In this document: positions 26,270 through 38,640 of the stretch, one piece after another | Position numbering within the stretch: position 1 is the stretch's first letter | Layout of the letters: the number at the start of each line of letters is the position of its first letter | Assembly (NCBI RefSeq): GCF_963921235.1 | Contig: NC_086097.1 | Coordinates: 70,124,001-70,188,000 of the forward strand | Length of the DNA stretch: 64,000 bases | Direction: 5' to 3' | From: Mobula hypostoma | Taxonomy: Eukaryota | Translations under genes and position numbers: made by a program | Notes under the pieces: generated by a model | What the model was told of the DNA's origin: nothing | Seen by the model: only the letters and a program-made list of their open reading frames with translations | Database searches by the model: none

Positions 26270-26990
26270 TGGAAATAATGTGAGGTGATACATTTTGGGA
26301 AGTCAAATGAAAGAGGGAATATACAGTAAATGGCAGGACCCTTAGAAGTATTAATTCACAGAGGTACAAATTCATAGCTCCCTGAAAGAAGCAAAACAAT
26401 TGGACAGGGTAGTAAAACAAATATACAGCATGCTTTGCTTTCAATTGGGGCAATGAGTATAAAAGTCAGGAAATTGTATGACAGCTGCATAAACGTTTGG
26501 TCAGCTGTATAAACCTTTGGTTAGGCCACATTTGGAGTTGTGCGTGGAATTCTGGTCCCACACTACAGGACTGATATAGAGGCTTTGGAGTGGATGCAGA
26601 AGTTCACCAGGATTGGAATGTATTAGCTAAAAGGAGTGGTTCTACAAACTTAAGATTGCCTTTTTTTCTGGAGCGTCTGATGCTAAGTGCAACTGATCAA
26701 AGTATATAAAATTATGAGAGGCATCAGATAATCAGAATCTTTTTCCCCAGAGTAGAAAGGTCAAACACCACAGGACATAGGTTTAAGTTTTTTTAAAACA
26801 CAGAAAGTCATTGGTGCCTGGAACACACTGCTAGGGGAGATGTAGAAGCAGATAAATGCCAACATTTGAGAGGTATTTGAACAAACCCAAGAACTGACAA
26901 GGAAAGAGGTTTGCAAGGCATGTCCAGGCATTAGATTGGCAACCCAATCAGCACAGACACTGTATGCTGAAGAATGAATTCTTGTGCTAA
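26270..26990 (+). mobile_element. CR1 3' fragment, highly degenerate
   Basis: CEVIHFGKSN; LYKPLVRPHLELCVEFWS; VYKIMRG. Confidence 0.7.
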
Positions 26991-27051
26991 CTGGTAACAA
27001 TCATAACAGATCAGATCTTAAGACAGATAGTAATAAGTTTTGCTCACTGTA

Positions 27052-28455
27052 AAACATAGAACATAAAAATCTATAGCACATTACAGGCCCTTTGACCTAC
27101 AATGTTGTGCCGATCATGTAACATACTCTGGAAACTGCCTAGAATTACTCTACTGCATAGCCCTCTACTTTTCTAAACTCCATGTACCTACCTAAGAGTC
27201 TCTTAAAAGACCTTATTGTATCTACCTCCACCACCTTCTCAAGGGCAACGAGGGATGGGCAATAAATGCTGGTTTAGCTGGCCACATCCCATAAATGAAT
27301 AAATTAACAAAAACACTATTGCCAGCAGTGTATTCTGTGAAAAACTTACCCCTGACATCCCCTCTGTACCTGCTTCCAAGCACCTTAAAACTATGCCCCC
27401 TCATTTTAGCCATTTCAGCCCTGGGAAAAAGCCTCTGGCTATCCACACGATCAATGCCTCTCATCTTATATATCTCTATCAGGTCACCTCTCATCCTCCA
27501 TCAATCCAAAGAGAAAAAACCAAGTTCACTCAACCTATTCTCATAAGGCACTCTCCAATACAAGTAACATCCTTGTAAAGCTCCTCTGCACTCTTTCTAT
27601 AATATCCACATCCTTCCTGTAGTGAGGTGACCAGAACTGAACACAATACTCCAAGTGAGGTCTGACCAAGGTCTTATACAGCTGTGACATTACCTTGCGC
27701 TCTTGAACTCAATCCCACGGTTGATGAATGCCAACACACCATATGCCTTCTTAACAATGCTGTCAGCCTGCGCAGCGGCTTTGAATGTCATATGGATACG
27801 GACCCCAAGATCTCTCTGATTCTCCACACTACTATATTCTGTCTTCAAATTTGATCTACTGAAATGAACCACTTCATACTTATCTGGGTTGAACTCCATC
27901 TGCCACTTCTCAGTCCAGTTCTGCATCCTATTGATGTCCCGCTGTAACCTCTGACAACCCTCCAGACTACCCACAACACCCCAACCTTTGTGTCATCAGC
28001 AAACTTACTAACCCACCCTTCTACTTCTTCATCCAGGTCAATTATAAAAATCATAAAGAGAAGGGGTCTTAGAACAGATCCCTGCAGAACACCAATGGTC
28101 ACCAACCTCCATGCAAAATATGAATCACCTACAACCACTTTTTTGCCTTCTGTGGGCAAGCCAATTCTAGATCCACAAAGCAATGTCTCCTTGGATCCCA
28201 TGCCTCCTTATTTCTGTATAAGCCTTGCATAGGGAACCTTATCAAATGCCTTACTGAAGTCCATATACACAACATCCACTGCTCTACCTTCAATGTGTTT
28301 TGTCACATCCTCAAACAATTCAATCAGGCTCATAAGGCACGACCTGCCCTTGACCAAACCATGCTGACTATCCCTAATCAGATTATGTTTCTCCAAATGC
28401 TCATAAATCCTGCTTCTTAGGATCTTATCCAACAACTTGCCCACTACTGAAGTAA
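27052..28455 (-). mobile_element. CR1 LINE RT and 3' end, with an ~80-bp plus-strand tail of another retroelement inserted at ~27236-27314
   Basis: LTSVVGKLL, IRDSQHGLVKGRSCL, VYMDFSKAFDKVP, QGSVLRPLLF, VSKFADDTK, RGDLIEIYK; (ttctatg)-type tail at 27052-27065. Confidence 0.9.
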
Positions 28456-28559
28456 GATAATTTAGTTCATATGAGGCAATCCTTTCAGCACTATTGAAAT
28501 ACATAATGTTTATTTCTTAAATATTTTTCAATTTAACATAATTAAGCCTTCTGTTACAT

Positions 28560-29615
28560 TTAAATAATCTATTTTTTCATAAAAATGTCCTAATTATACT
28601 TTATGACACAATTATGAGAATAGTTTCAGGACAAGGAAATACCATCAATCAACAATTTTGCTGCTGTTTTGTTAGCACAGCTACAGGACACAAGATAGTC
28701 ACCCTATATCAGCAAGGCCTCTCCCAAGCAGAATTTTTGCAGCAGACAGGAGTTTCAAGATGTGTGGTCGAAGCTCTCCTGAAGAGGCACAAAGAAACAG
28801 GCAAGATTGAGGACCAGAAACACAGTGGTCAGCCACAGAAGCAGAGTGCAGCAGATGAGAGATACATCAAACTTGCATCCCTTCTAAATCAGAAGTCCAA
28901 CTCTGCCGTTCATTCTGAACTCACAGAAACCACTGGAACCCAATTACACCTCTCTACATTCTAGAGAAGTCTTGTTAGAAGTGGTGTTAATGGAAGAGTT
29001 ACTGCCAAAAGCTATTCCTCTGAAATGGAAGCAAAGCCAAGAGATTCACTACGCACAAAAACACAAGGACTGGGGTGCTGAACAATGGCAGCAAGTGCTC
29101 TGGACTGAGGAGACAAAATTAGAAATTGTGGCAGTTTGTCTGTAGAAGAGCCGGAGAGCTCTACAGGGATGAGTGCCTGCAGCTAATAGTGAAGCACGAG
29201 AAAGGTTCCCTGCACTCCCTGCAGGTTTGGGACAGCATTTCTGCAAATGGAGTTGGTCATCTGGTCAGAATTAATGGAGTCCTCAGTGCTGAGAAGTACA
29301 AGCAGATTGTCATCCATCATGCAATCCCATCAGTTCTAAAGTCATTCTGTAGCAGGACAATGACCCCAAAGGTCAAAAAGAACTATCTTCAGAAAAAAAA
29401 CCTTAAGGAGTTCTGCAACAGATGCTATGGCCTTAACATCATCAAGGCTGTTTACCTGGAGAGACAGAAGCAAGCGAGACAGCCAAAGTTTACAGAAGAA
29501 CTGTGGCAAGTCATCCAAGATGGCTGGAAAAACTTACCAGCCAGTTTTCTTACAAACTGCACAACAGAGTACCTAACAGAACTGATGCAGTTTTAAAGGC
29601 AAAGGGTGGTCACTG
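28560..29615 (+). mobile_element. Degenerate Tc1 transposase
   Basis: KIVTLYQQGLSQ...GVSRCVVEALLKRHKETG (paired-like HTH), LWTEETKL, KAKGGH at ~29596-29613. Confidence 0.8.
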
Positions 29616-29682
29616 TTTTTTGCTATTTAGAAACTATTCATTTCATTATTTTTGAAAACATTTTCGCTTTTCTTCTCATAGT

Positions 29683-29740
<58 letters not shown>
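29683..29740. repeat. (GT)n(AT)n compound microsatellite
   Basis: Directly visible. Confidence 0.95.
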
Positions 29741-30104
29741 ATGTAAAAAAACTAGAGAGCAATACATTACATATTTGAGTTGAGATGCATTCTATATTGA
29801 CCTGGAGTTTATAGCTAAGCAGGAAAGAGTGTAATGTATTAAACGTTTCAGTAATATGTGACTAATATTATAAATATATTGTTTGATTAAGCATTCTATG
29901 TTTGTTTACATAATACATTATGGGTTATATGTAAGAAGTACGTGAATGGTATATGTCATTATGCCACCACGTCATATGTCCGCGCTTCACTAAAGTAAAT
30001 TGAAGTAGACGTGTTATCCCTGGCTATTGCACTTTTCTTTCGATTAGTTTCTGGAGTTATAAAACATAAAAATACAAATACACAAGGTATCACAAACTCC
30101 CTTT

Positions 30105-30451
30105 AACATAGAATAGTACAGCACATTGCAGGCCCTTCGGCCCACAATGTTCTGCCGCCCCTCAAACCCTGCCTCCCATATAAACCCCCACATTAAATTC
30201 CTCCATATACCTGTCTAGTAGTCTCTTAAACTTCATGAGTGTATCTGCCTCCACCACTGACTCAGGCAGTGCATTCCACGCACGAACCACTGAGTAAAAA
30301 AAACCTTCCTCTAATATCCTCCTTGAACTTCCCACCCTCTACCTTAAAGCCATGTCCTCTTGTATTGAGCAGTGGTACCCTGGGGAAGAGGCGCTGGCTA
30401 TCCACTCTGTCTATTCCTCTTATTATCTTGTACACCTCTATCATGTCTCCT
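30105..30451 (-). mobile_element. CR1 3' end
   Basis: GDMIEVYKIIRGIDRVDSQRLFP...RGHGFKV; tail gtgctgtactattctatgtt. Confidence 0.85.
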
Positions 30452-30608
30452 TTATGTGGTATACATGAAGAAAAATAAATTGCATTTTGTGGAGGCCTTT
30501 CAGAAACAGTACATGAACTTACAGGTATCAGTTTCAAGGTAAAACAGTCTTCTGCTCTGCTGATTTTATGCTCTATTACATTAGGTACTAGGGAACTCCA
30601 ATTTATAC

Positions 30609-31062
30609 CAGACATCCCACCCTGCAAAAACTCATTTCAGGGAGGTAGCACCATCAACTTGCGGGAGACCTGGAACTTCCGGGAGAGGTGGGATGTTTGC
30701 AATAGAGTAGCTCCTTAGCAGCTAGCCAGCTAGTTTAAATAATGTTAGCTATGCTGATGAACGAATGGCACCTGTTAAACTCACCTCAACATGTCTTTTA
30801 CATTTTAACCCACCATGGGCAATAGAAAAGTCACTGTTGCAAACAGCGCAGCGAGCAACACTGTCATTATTTTTGACTCCTATTAGGCAGGGGTACACTT
30901 TAGGGTAGTCGTGATCATTTTCGCGCCTTCTCTTCTGCTTTCTCACTCGCTCACTCTCAAAAAAATTGATTTCCGTGATATTGTATATAATTTGCGGGCA
31001 TCAGGGAGCCACTATTAATATGCAGGAGACTCCTGGAACTTCCGGGAGAGGTGAGATGTCTG
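30609..31062 (-). mobile_element. Non-autonomous hAT-like DNA transposon with a BED-finger remnant and a 6-bp TSD
   Basis: TIR cagacatcccacc / ggtgagatgtctg; flanked by ttatac on both sides; minus-strand ARCAVCNSDFSIAHGGLKCKRHVE. Confidence 0.75.
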
Positions 31063-32529
31063 TTATACCATGATAAATTATCCTGACTCATTTTCTCAGT
31101 CTTAAATTTTAAATTAACATTGCTTTTACACTTTAAAGTAAAGCACTGCATAATGGGAAAATATGCTAATCAAATTGATTCATTACAATGTGAACATGAG
31201 GTAGAGCATTTCTAAATTCTTTATTTTTCAAAGGATTTTTTTTAAAACTAAGAGTCTGGTTAATCTTTCTGTTCACTTACATAATTAATTTTCTTCCCCC
31301 AATTAGAAATTTAAGCTTCTATTGTTGGCCAACTTTACAACATGGAAAACAAAATTTAACGAGTCCATGTATAACAGGCTACATATGAAATAATCATTTG
31401 AGATATTCTTTTCTCTTTCAACTCATTTATTCTGCTGTCAGATTGCTAATAGACTGATAGCTTGCCTTTTTTTTGCAACATTTTTCTACTCAGCTACTTT
31501 TGTGACATAAGATTTCCTTTTCTATTTCAATTTCTATCCAATCCGAGACTTAACTGAAAATGATTACATTGGTAAAATCACCATGGAAATCAGAACATGA
31601 AGCAAATCAAATAATAGCGCAGTTCTACCTGTAGTTTTATAAGAATACTTATCCACATAAATTGATAGTAAATTAAACATTAAAAAAAAATTAAAAACAG
31701 AAAAAAAATGGAAACAGTTGGTTAGGTAGAAAGAGAAACAGAGCTAACATTCTGAGTCAAAGACCCTCCATTGGAACAGCTCTTCTTTTTGACGTATGCT
31801 TTCAGTTAAGATATCATGAAACACGAGCTAGAGAAGGAAAGGGTAAGGGGATGGCAGTTTGGACCCTGTAGCAAGCAGTTTATCCACAGGCAATTGATAA
31901 AGTAGGGTTGGAATTGAAGTAAAAATGGGTCTTTCCTGAGTACCTGTGGATTATGCAGCCACCATTCTTTTTCCATGAGGAACAGCATTTAGATGTAAAT
32001 GAGAGAACTAAAATTAAGCACCTAATAGTAATAATAGTAAGGGAAATTAAGTGAAACTAATGCTAGAGATTCTGTAGCTATCATAGATAAACAAAAGTGA
32101 AATGAGGAAGGGGCACTTCCACACAGATAGACAATAGTAACAAAGACTGACAGCAATATGGCGTCAATTGTTGTGAAGTCTGAAGAAAGACTTAGATGGA
32201 GAAAAGAGAAACGGCATATAAAGGAAATAATCTGAAGTCCTAAGTGAGTCCATTTCAGTATTGTGGCAAGGTTGGAAGCCTGGAAACCTGACTGGAGAGG
32301 TGTCCTTTTTCTTATGTCAGGTAATGGTAGCAGATTTGAAAAGAGAATTTCTTCTGAGGTTTGAGGACTCTTACATCTTTTCGCCGTACACTGATGATTA
32401 CATTCATACAAAACATTAAAGCTTCATTACTTTTGCTGCCAATTTTCACTGTACTATCACTTTCATATGGCCTACCAATAACTACCAGTAAGTTGCCAAT
32501 ACAGATATATATTAGCAACTAATATCCAT

Positions 32530-33460
32530 TACAAGCGCACAGATGCCCAGAACAATCTTGACTCTGCTTCCTCTCTCCCCACCTTCTACAAAGGCTGTTT
32601 TCCATTTCACCAGTTCATGTTTTCTGATGCTGTTACTTTCAAAGCAGGAGCCTTTGAGATGTCTTTTTCCTTAAATGTGGTTTTTCTTTCTCCATAATTG
32701 TTAGAGCCCTGGATAGCATCTCATCATTTCATGTATCCAGTTTTCATGTCTCTCTTCCTGGATAAGGATATGGTTTCTGTGTTTCTCACTTTTCACCTCC
32801 ACATTCAACAAATTTTATTTTGCAATTTTTGCCACCTTCAACAAGATTCAACCAATGGACACATTTCCACTCTCCACCTTCCATTTCTGCATTTCATCAG
32901 GACAGTTCCACTTGTGACCTCCAGCTTGCTTTCATCTCCATCAGTCACTCCACTACTTGCAACACTTCCCCACATAACTGCAGCAGATGCAGCTCCTTGC
33001 TTACCAATGAATGACCCAAACCATCTTCCTAGTGAAGCAGCAATTTACTTGTACTTTTTCCAAACCAATGTACTGCATTTGGTGCTCAAAATTTAGCATC
33101 CTCTGTACCGGAGAAACCAAATGAAGATTGGCTGATTGCTACTTCTGACTCCTTTTTGAGTCTGCAAGGACCACATTCAGCCTCCCAGTTACTGGTCATG
33201 TTAATTCTCCATCCCACTCTAGCCTTTCAGCTTGTGGCTTCCTACATTGTTCTATCAAATACCAATATAAGGAAAACACCTCAACAGCTTTCTGGTACGT
33301 TACAACCCTTGGGGCTCAATATTAAATGCAACTATGACTGATGACTGTTTTTTTCTGCCTGTATTAATACCGATCAGTTATGCTATACCTGCAATATCAA
33401 CTCAGTTTTTCTTTCACCATAGATACTGCCTTATCTGGTGATCATTTCCAATACTGGCTT
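32530..33460 (+). mobile_element. Highly degenerate Penelope-like 3' region
   Basis: CNFCHLQQDSTNGHI, TGETK*RLAD, GTLQPLGLNI; parallels the better-preserved copy at 57560-58720. Confidence 0.6.
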
Positions 33461-34454
33461 TTTGGGATTAGGTTTCAGCAACAGCTCTGACATGCCCCTT
33501 TGTTTTTGATTTCTCCAACTTCCTTTACTAATCTATTATTTGGACAGCTCTATAAGTATTGAAATAATATTAGAAATAGCAGCTTGATATAAACTTGCTT
33601 GGATAGAATATCTTTGACTTGAAATATTACTATTTCTTTATCCACTTATGCTCCCTGACCTGCTGAGTGTTTCCAACATTTTTTGCTATTTCAGATGTTG
33701 TTTTTAAATTTTCTGCCACATACGACTGGGGACCAGAAAGGGATGCTAGACGATCAGCTGATTAATAAGGATAGATGCAAGACAGCAGGAGGTGGTCTCA
33801 TGAATACAAAGGAAGGAGAAGAGATGAGATAGATCAAACAATTAGAAATATTAGAAAACTGGTTTGACAAAGTTGATATGAAAGGGACAGTAAGTGAGGA
33901 GAGTGAATTGTTTACACTTTCAATTGCTATGACAGCCAGTTGGGTGGCCTGCTATTCTCTGGAAGCAGAAACAATGGGGTAGGAGCCAGTTTTTTGTATA
34001 ATAGGAGCTTTGACTCACAGGTAGTCAGTCAAAAAGACAGTAATGAGGATCAAATAAAGGAACAGCATATTAAAAATGCTTGTTCTGCATTCTTGCGAAT
34101 TGCTTCCAGCAGCCAGAGAGATACCATTATATTTACACAGATGTGCACAATTTATTATTCTACCACTGGAACATTTTATATACTGCCTTGAAATGTTGAA
34201 GTAATGAAATGTGATTTGTAAGGATATTTAACTAATAAATTGCAAAAATGTACTCATGAATTAAATCACAGATTTGGAACAAAAACGATTTTGGTGCTAT
34301 ATTTCTGCAAATATAGTTGCAGAAACCAAAACAAAGGAAGTCAAAATTTGTTTGTTGTTTTCAACTTCAATCAAGCAGAGTGTAAAATGTCAGCAAGACA
34401 CATACACAATGTCAGCAAGACTCTCTTGTTTGAGACTAAAATGTCATTTTCTTT

Positions 34455-34590
34455 GTAAACACGAGGAATTCTGCAGATGCTGGAAATTCAAGCAACACAC
34501 ATCAAATTTGCTGGTGAACGCAGCAGGCCAGGCAGCATCTCTAGGAAGAGGTACAGTCGACATTTTGGGTCGAGACCCTTCGTCAAGACT
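34455..34590 (-). mobile_element. Penelope pLTR fragment with a degenerate hammerhead (34554-34590)
   Basis: Reverse complement of 387-484; agtc-TTGACGA-agggtctcgaccc-AAAAT-GTC-gactg. Confidence 0.8.
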
Positions 34591-34594
34591 TGGG

Positions 34595-35282
34595 TGCAAT
34601 CGGCAATCGCCTCTGATCTGTGCCGACATTTACGTGCCGGGCAGCACCTAATTAATTGGCATGTTTATTTCGGCTTTTTTCTTAAAGATGTGCTGTGTGC
34701 CTCCTGGCTACCGCTGCGTTCTTCGCGGCAATGTATCGGGTCGGCTGCCTGGAGGGTGGGGGCCACTGCACCACCCAGCCTGCGACGAGTCAGTCTAACA
34801 CACCATCGTCAGTGTGCTCAGCGCTGTTTTCCCAATTTCGGTAAGTGATACTACACTGTACATACATTATTTCTACTTTATATAGACTGTGTATTTTTAC
34901 GTGTTATTTGGTAGATTTGGCAGCTTCATAATTTAAAGGTTACTGAAGAGCGTGTTTATGCCAACAGCACTTGCGTGAGATTTTCTGCCAAGAGCGCTTG
35001 CGTGAGATTTTCGCTACGGAGATCTGTGCAGGCAATCGTTGTAGAGAAGTATTTCTACTTTATATAGGCTGTGTACTTATCATTCCTGCTTTTACTATAT
35101 GTTACTGTTATTTTGGGTTTTGTGTGTTATTTGGCATGATTTGGTACGTTATTTCTGGGTCTGTGAACGCTCACAAAATTTTCCGATATAAATAAATGGT
35201 AATTGCTTCTTCACTTTATGACATTTCGGCTTATGAACCGTTTCATAGGAACGCTCTACCTTCAGATGGCGGGGGAAACCTG
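34595..35282 (+). mobile_element. Right half of a Tigger/pogo-derived non-autonomous element
   Basis: Collinear with 62001-62697; ends gggaaacctg|ta. Confidence 0.85.
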
Positions 35283-35284
35283 TA

Positions 35285-36170
35285 TATAAGTTTGCTGATG
35301 ACACAACAATTGTAGGCTGTATCTCGGGTAATGATGAGTTTGAGTACAGAGAGGAAATTAAGAACCTGGTGGCATGGTGCAAAGACAATAACCTATCCCT
35401 CAACGTCAGCAAGACGAAGGAATTGGTTGTTGACTTCAGAAGGAGTAGCGGACCGCACGACCCAATTTACATCGGTGGTGCACAAGTGGAACAGGTCAAA
35501 AGCTTTAAGTTCCTCTGGTTCGATATCACAAATGACCTGACTTGGTCCAACCAAGCAGAGTTCACTGCCAAGAAGGCCCACCAGCGCCTTTACTTCCTGA
35601 GAAAAGTAAAGAAATTTGGCCTGTCCCCTAAAACCCTCACTAATTTTTATAGATGCACCGCAGAAAGCATTCTTCTAGGGCGCATCACAACCTGGTATGG
35701 AAGCTGTCCTGTCCAAGACCGAAAGAAGCTGCAGAAGATCGTGAACACGGCGCAGCACATCACACAATCCAATCTTCCGTCTGTGGACTCACTTTACACC
35801 GCACGCTGTTGGAGCAGTGCTGCCAGGATAATCAAGGACACGATCCACCCAGCCAACACACTTTTCATCCCTCATCCCTCCGGGAGAAGGTACAGGAGCT
35901 TGAAGACTCGTACGGCCAGATTTGGGAACAGCTTCTTTCCAACTGTGATAAGACTGCTGAACGGATCCTGACCCGGATCTGGGCTGTACCTTCCAAATAT
36001 CCGGACCTGCCTCTCAGTTTTTTTGCACTACCTTACTTTCCATTTTTCTATTTTCTATTTATGATTTATAATTTAAATTTTTAATATTTACAAATTTTTA
36101 CTATTTTTAATATTATCACTGTGATGATTGTATGTTCTAGTACCAATTGTTTGGCGACAATAAAGTATAA
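35285..36170 (+). mobile_element. Young Rex1/Babar LINE 3' fragment (reading frame open to the stop at 35971)
   Basis: YKFADD...WCKDNNLSLNVSKTKELVVDFRR...SFFPTVIRLLNGS*; AATAAA tail. Confidence 0.9.
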
Positions 36171-36315
36171 TAATTCAAATAACCAAACATTATAACAGTA
36201 GTGTGCAGAACAGCATCTCTTAAAGCACAACACGTTGAACCTTGAAGTGAATGGGCTACAGCAGAAGACCTCACGGGGTTCCACTGCTGTGCTAAATAAA
36301 GTGACCATTGAGTGC
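36170..36315 (+). mobile_element. Tc1-derived fragment with one terminal repeat
   Basis: QITKHYNS...MGYSRRP remnant followed by taaataaagtgaccattgagtg. Confidence 0.5.
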
Positions 36316-37086
36316 ATGTATTCCTTTTCAATAGGCACAACTCAGGTACAGAGAGCAATGCCTAGTTTTAGAATCATTTGCAAGAAATCACTGTAGCTTT
36401 TTCAGTGGCATCTCCCAAGTTTGTCAGCCATACTGTGTATAAGGACAAAGATAGCTAACATACCACACCCAAAACACATGAAAATATAATGTTGTCATCT
36501 TGCCAAGGCACATTTAGAGAATTTTCAATTTATTGGCACTGTGCATCATACAACAGCTCCTTCATCACATGGACTGTGGCAGTTCAAAATTGCTTCTCAA
36601 AGCCAATTATTGTTGGAGAAGTAGATGCTAGATCGAATACCAAGTCTTAAAAAAATTCTAGCTTTGATATTAAACAAATCACAAAAATAAAGGAAACTTA
36701 TATTTTAGGTAATTATATGTTTGTAATCTGTACTGCGATACTTTGATTCTACTTGAACATAATCAGCAACCTATTGCATTTTTTACATATCAAACTCCAC
36801 TAGAAAATAAATTGCACAGTTAGAATTCATGCTACTTATTTGGGGGTAAATACTTAGCCAAAAAAAAATCTCTACTGTTACTTAATCTTCCAAAAGTTGA
36901 ATTTTCCTTTAGGGGGGACTTCCGGTAGAGCTCATGGAGTGAAGTCGTGTTCTAGACTCGCTCCATTACCTCTGAGTTTTTCTTCTTATGATCAGCTATA
37001 TTTTAACTAACCATTAAGGCATCGACTTTTCCAATACTTTGAAACAAATTGGGCTCTTTGATAATCGGATGCTTTTAAGGTCTGCT

Positions 37087-37932
37087 ATGTCTAAGAATGG
37101 AAAAAATGGGAAGGACGGCAAACCTCCGGTTAGACCGAAAGGTACCAATTTTCCTCCAACTGAACCACCGGTGACTTTGAAAGCTGTATCGGATCTAATT
37201 CAAAGGGAAATTTCAACCCCTATTACAGAGCTGATTCGTGCGGAAATTTCAATTAATTTCCAGAAAATTGCCGATTCAATCGATAAAATACAAACTTATA
37301 TTACGGAACATCAGTCGGCTATATTTAATCTTCAAAAATCCATGCAACAAAATGAACTCAAGATGGGGAAAATTGAAGAAACAATTAATGTAATGAAGAA
37401 GAAACTTGACTTTCTGACCTTTAAAAACTCTGACTTACAATCCAGAATGCGACGGCAGAATCTTCGAATGATTGGAGTGCGTGAAGCTGCTGAATCTGAC
37501 AACCCAATGAAGTTTTTTTCTCAACTTTTAAAAGATGCATTTCCTACTGTATTTCCTGACCAACCACCGTTATTGGATCGTGTTCACAGAGTTCCATCAT
37601 ACTCGTCTAAGTCAGATAAACCTCGACATGTCATCTTACGTTTTCATTACTTTCAAGACAAGGAGAAACTGTTTCGATTCGTTCGATCTAAAGGTTTCAT
37701 TGATTTTTTGGATCTTCATTTCCGGTTTGTGGAGGATTTCAGCAAACAAATTCGGGATCAACGGGTTCGATACAGATCTGTGATGTCCGAGCTCTACAAG
37801 ATGGATTTAAAACCAGCGCTGCTTTACCCAGCACGTCTAAGGATTCGTACGTTGGATGGAGCCCTCCATTTTTTTGAATCTCCATCGGATGGCCAGAGGT
37901 ATCTGGATCAACTTTCACCTTCAACATCTTAA
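37087..37932 (+). CDS. L1 ORF1p (coiled coil, RRM, CTD), open frame; alternative ATG at 37069
   Basis: Heptad region followed by DLQSRMRRQNLRMIGVRE, LDRVHRV, PRHVILRFHYFQDKE, LLYPARLRI. Confidence 0.9.
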   Translation: MSKNGKNGKDGKPPVRPKGTNFPPTEPPVTLKAVSDLIQREISTPITELIRAEISINFQKIADSIDKIQTYITEHQSAIFNLQKSMQQNELKMGKIEETINVMKKKLDFLTFKNSDLQSRMRRQNLRMIGVREAAESDNPMKFFSQLLKDAFPTVFPDQPPLLDRVHRVPSYSSKSDKPRHVILRFHYFQDKEKLFRFVRSKGFIDFLDLHFRFVEDFSKQIRDQRVRYRSVMSELYKMDLKPALLYPARLRIRTLDGALHFFESPSDGQRYLDQLSPSTS

Positions 37933-38640
37933 TCGTAATTTTTAACTATCTCCGTTTGATCGGAGATTGTGAATCTGTCGGCCTTAATTTTTTTTTTGTC
38001 TTATATGGGCAGAAAAGTTTATTTTTGATTAATTAATATGGTTGCTAAACTTTCTTTCTAACTGCGTCATTCCTTTCTTTTTCCCAGGGGATTCTGGGTG
38101 GTTATTTCCTCAGCGTCATTCTACGTATTTCCTTTGAGGCCTTAAATTTTGTAGTTTTTAAATCTTTTTTTTTGTAGATTTTCATAACTAGTTTATGTTA
38201 ATAATTTCATTTCTTTTTTTGTTTATTCATAGGGTCTGGGGTTTGTTGCGGTTTTTTTTTATATTTTCTGGCTTTTTCTCTGTTATATTAAGTGTTTGTT
38301 TTAATTGATTTACTTTTTAAATTCTTTTATTGTTTTATAACTAGCTGATCTTTTTTATATTTACACTGTTTTTTAGGGCGTGTCTATCGGAAGTCATGGG
38401 GGTAGTTTTAGTGCTTGCTTCTTTCTGGCTGGTCTGTTTTAGATTTAGCCTTGGAGTCATGGGGTGGGGGGTGGTGGGAGGGGCTTCACATTTTAGTTTT
38501 TCTCTTCTTGGGCTATGTACACTATTGAAGTATTGGTTGTGTTCTCCTTCCCGGTATCTCTTATTTGTTCTGTTCCCTTTCCGGGTTCGTGGGTCGAGCC
38601 TATCGTCAATCCTCCTTTCTGCGGGTTGACTTTAGGGTTT

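Noticed and set aside
29830..30071. Possible short solo LTR (tgtaatg...aaaacataaaa)
   Set aside because: No terminal CA, no TSD and no second copy in the window; cannot be supported.
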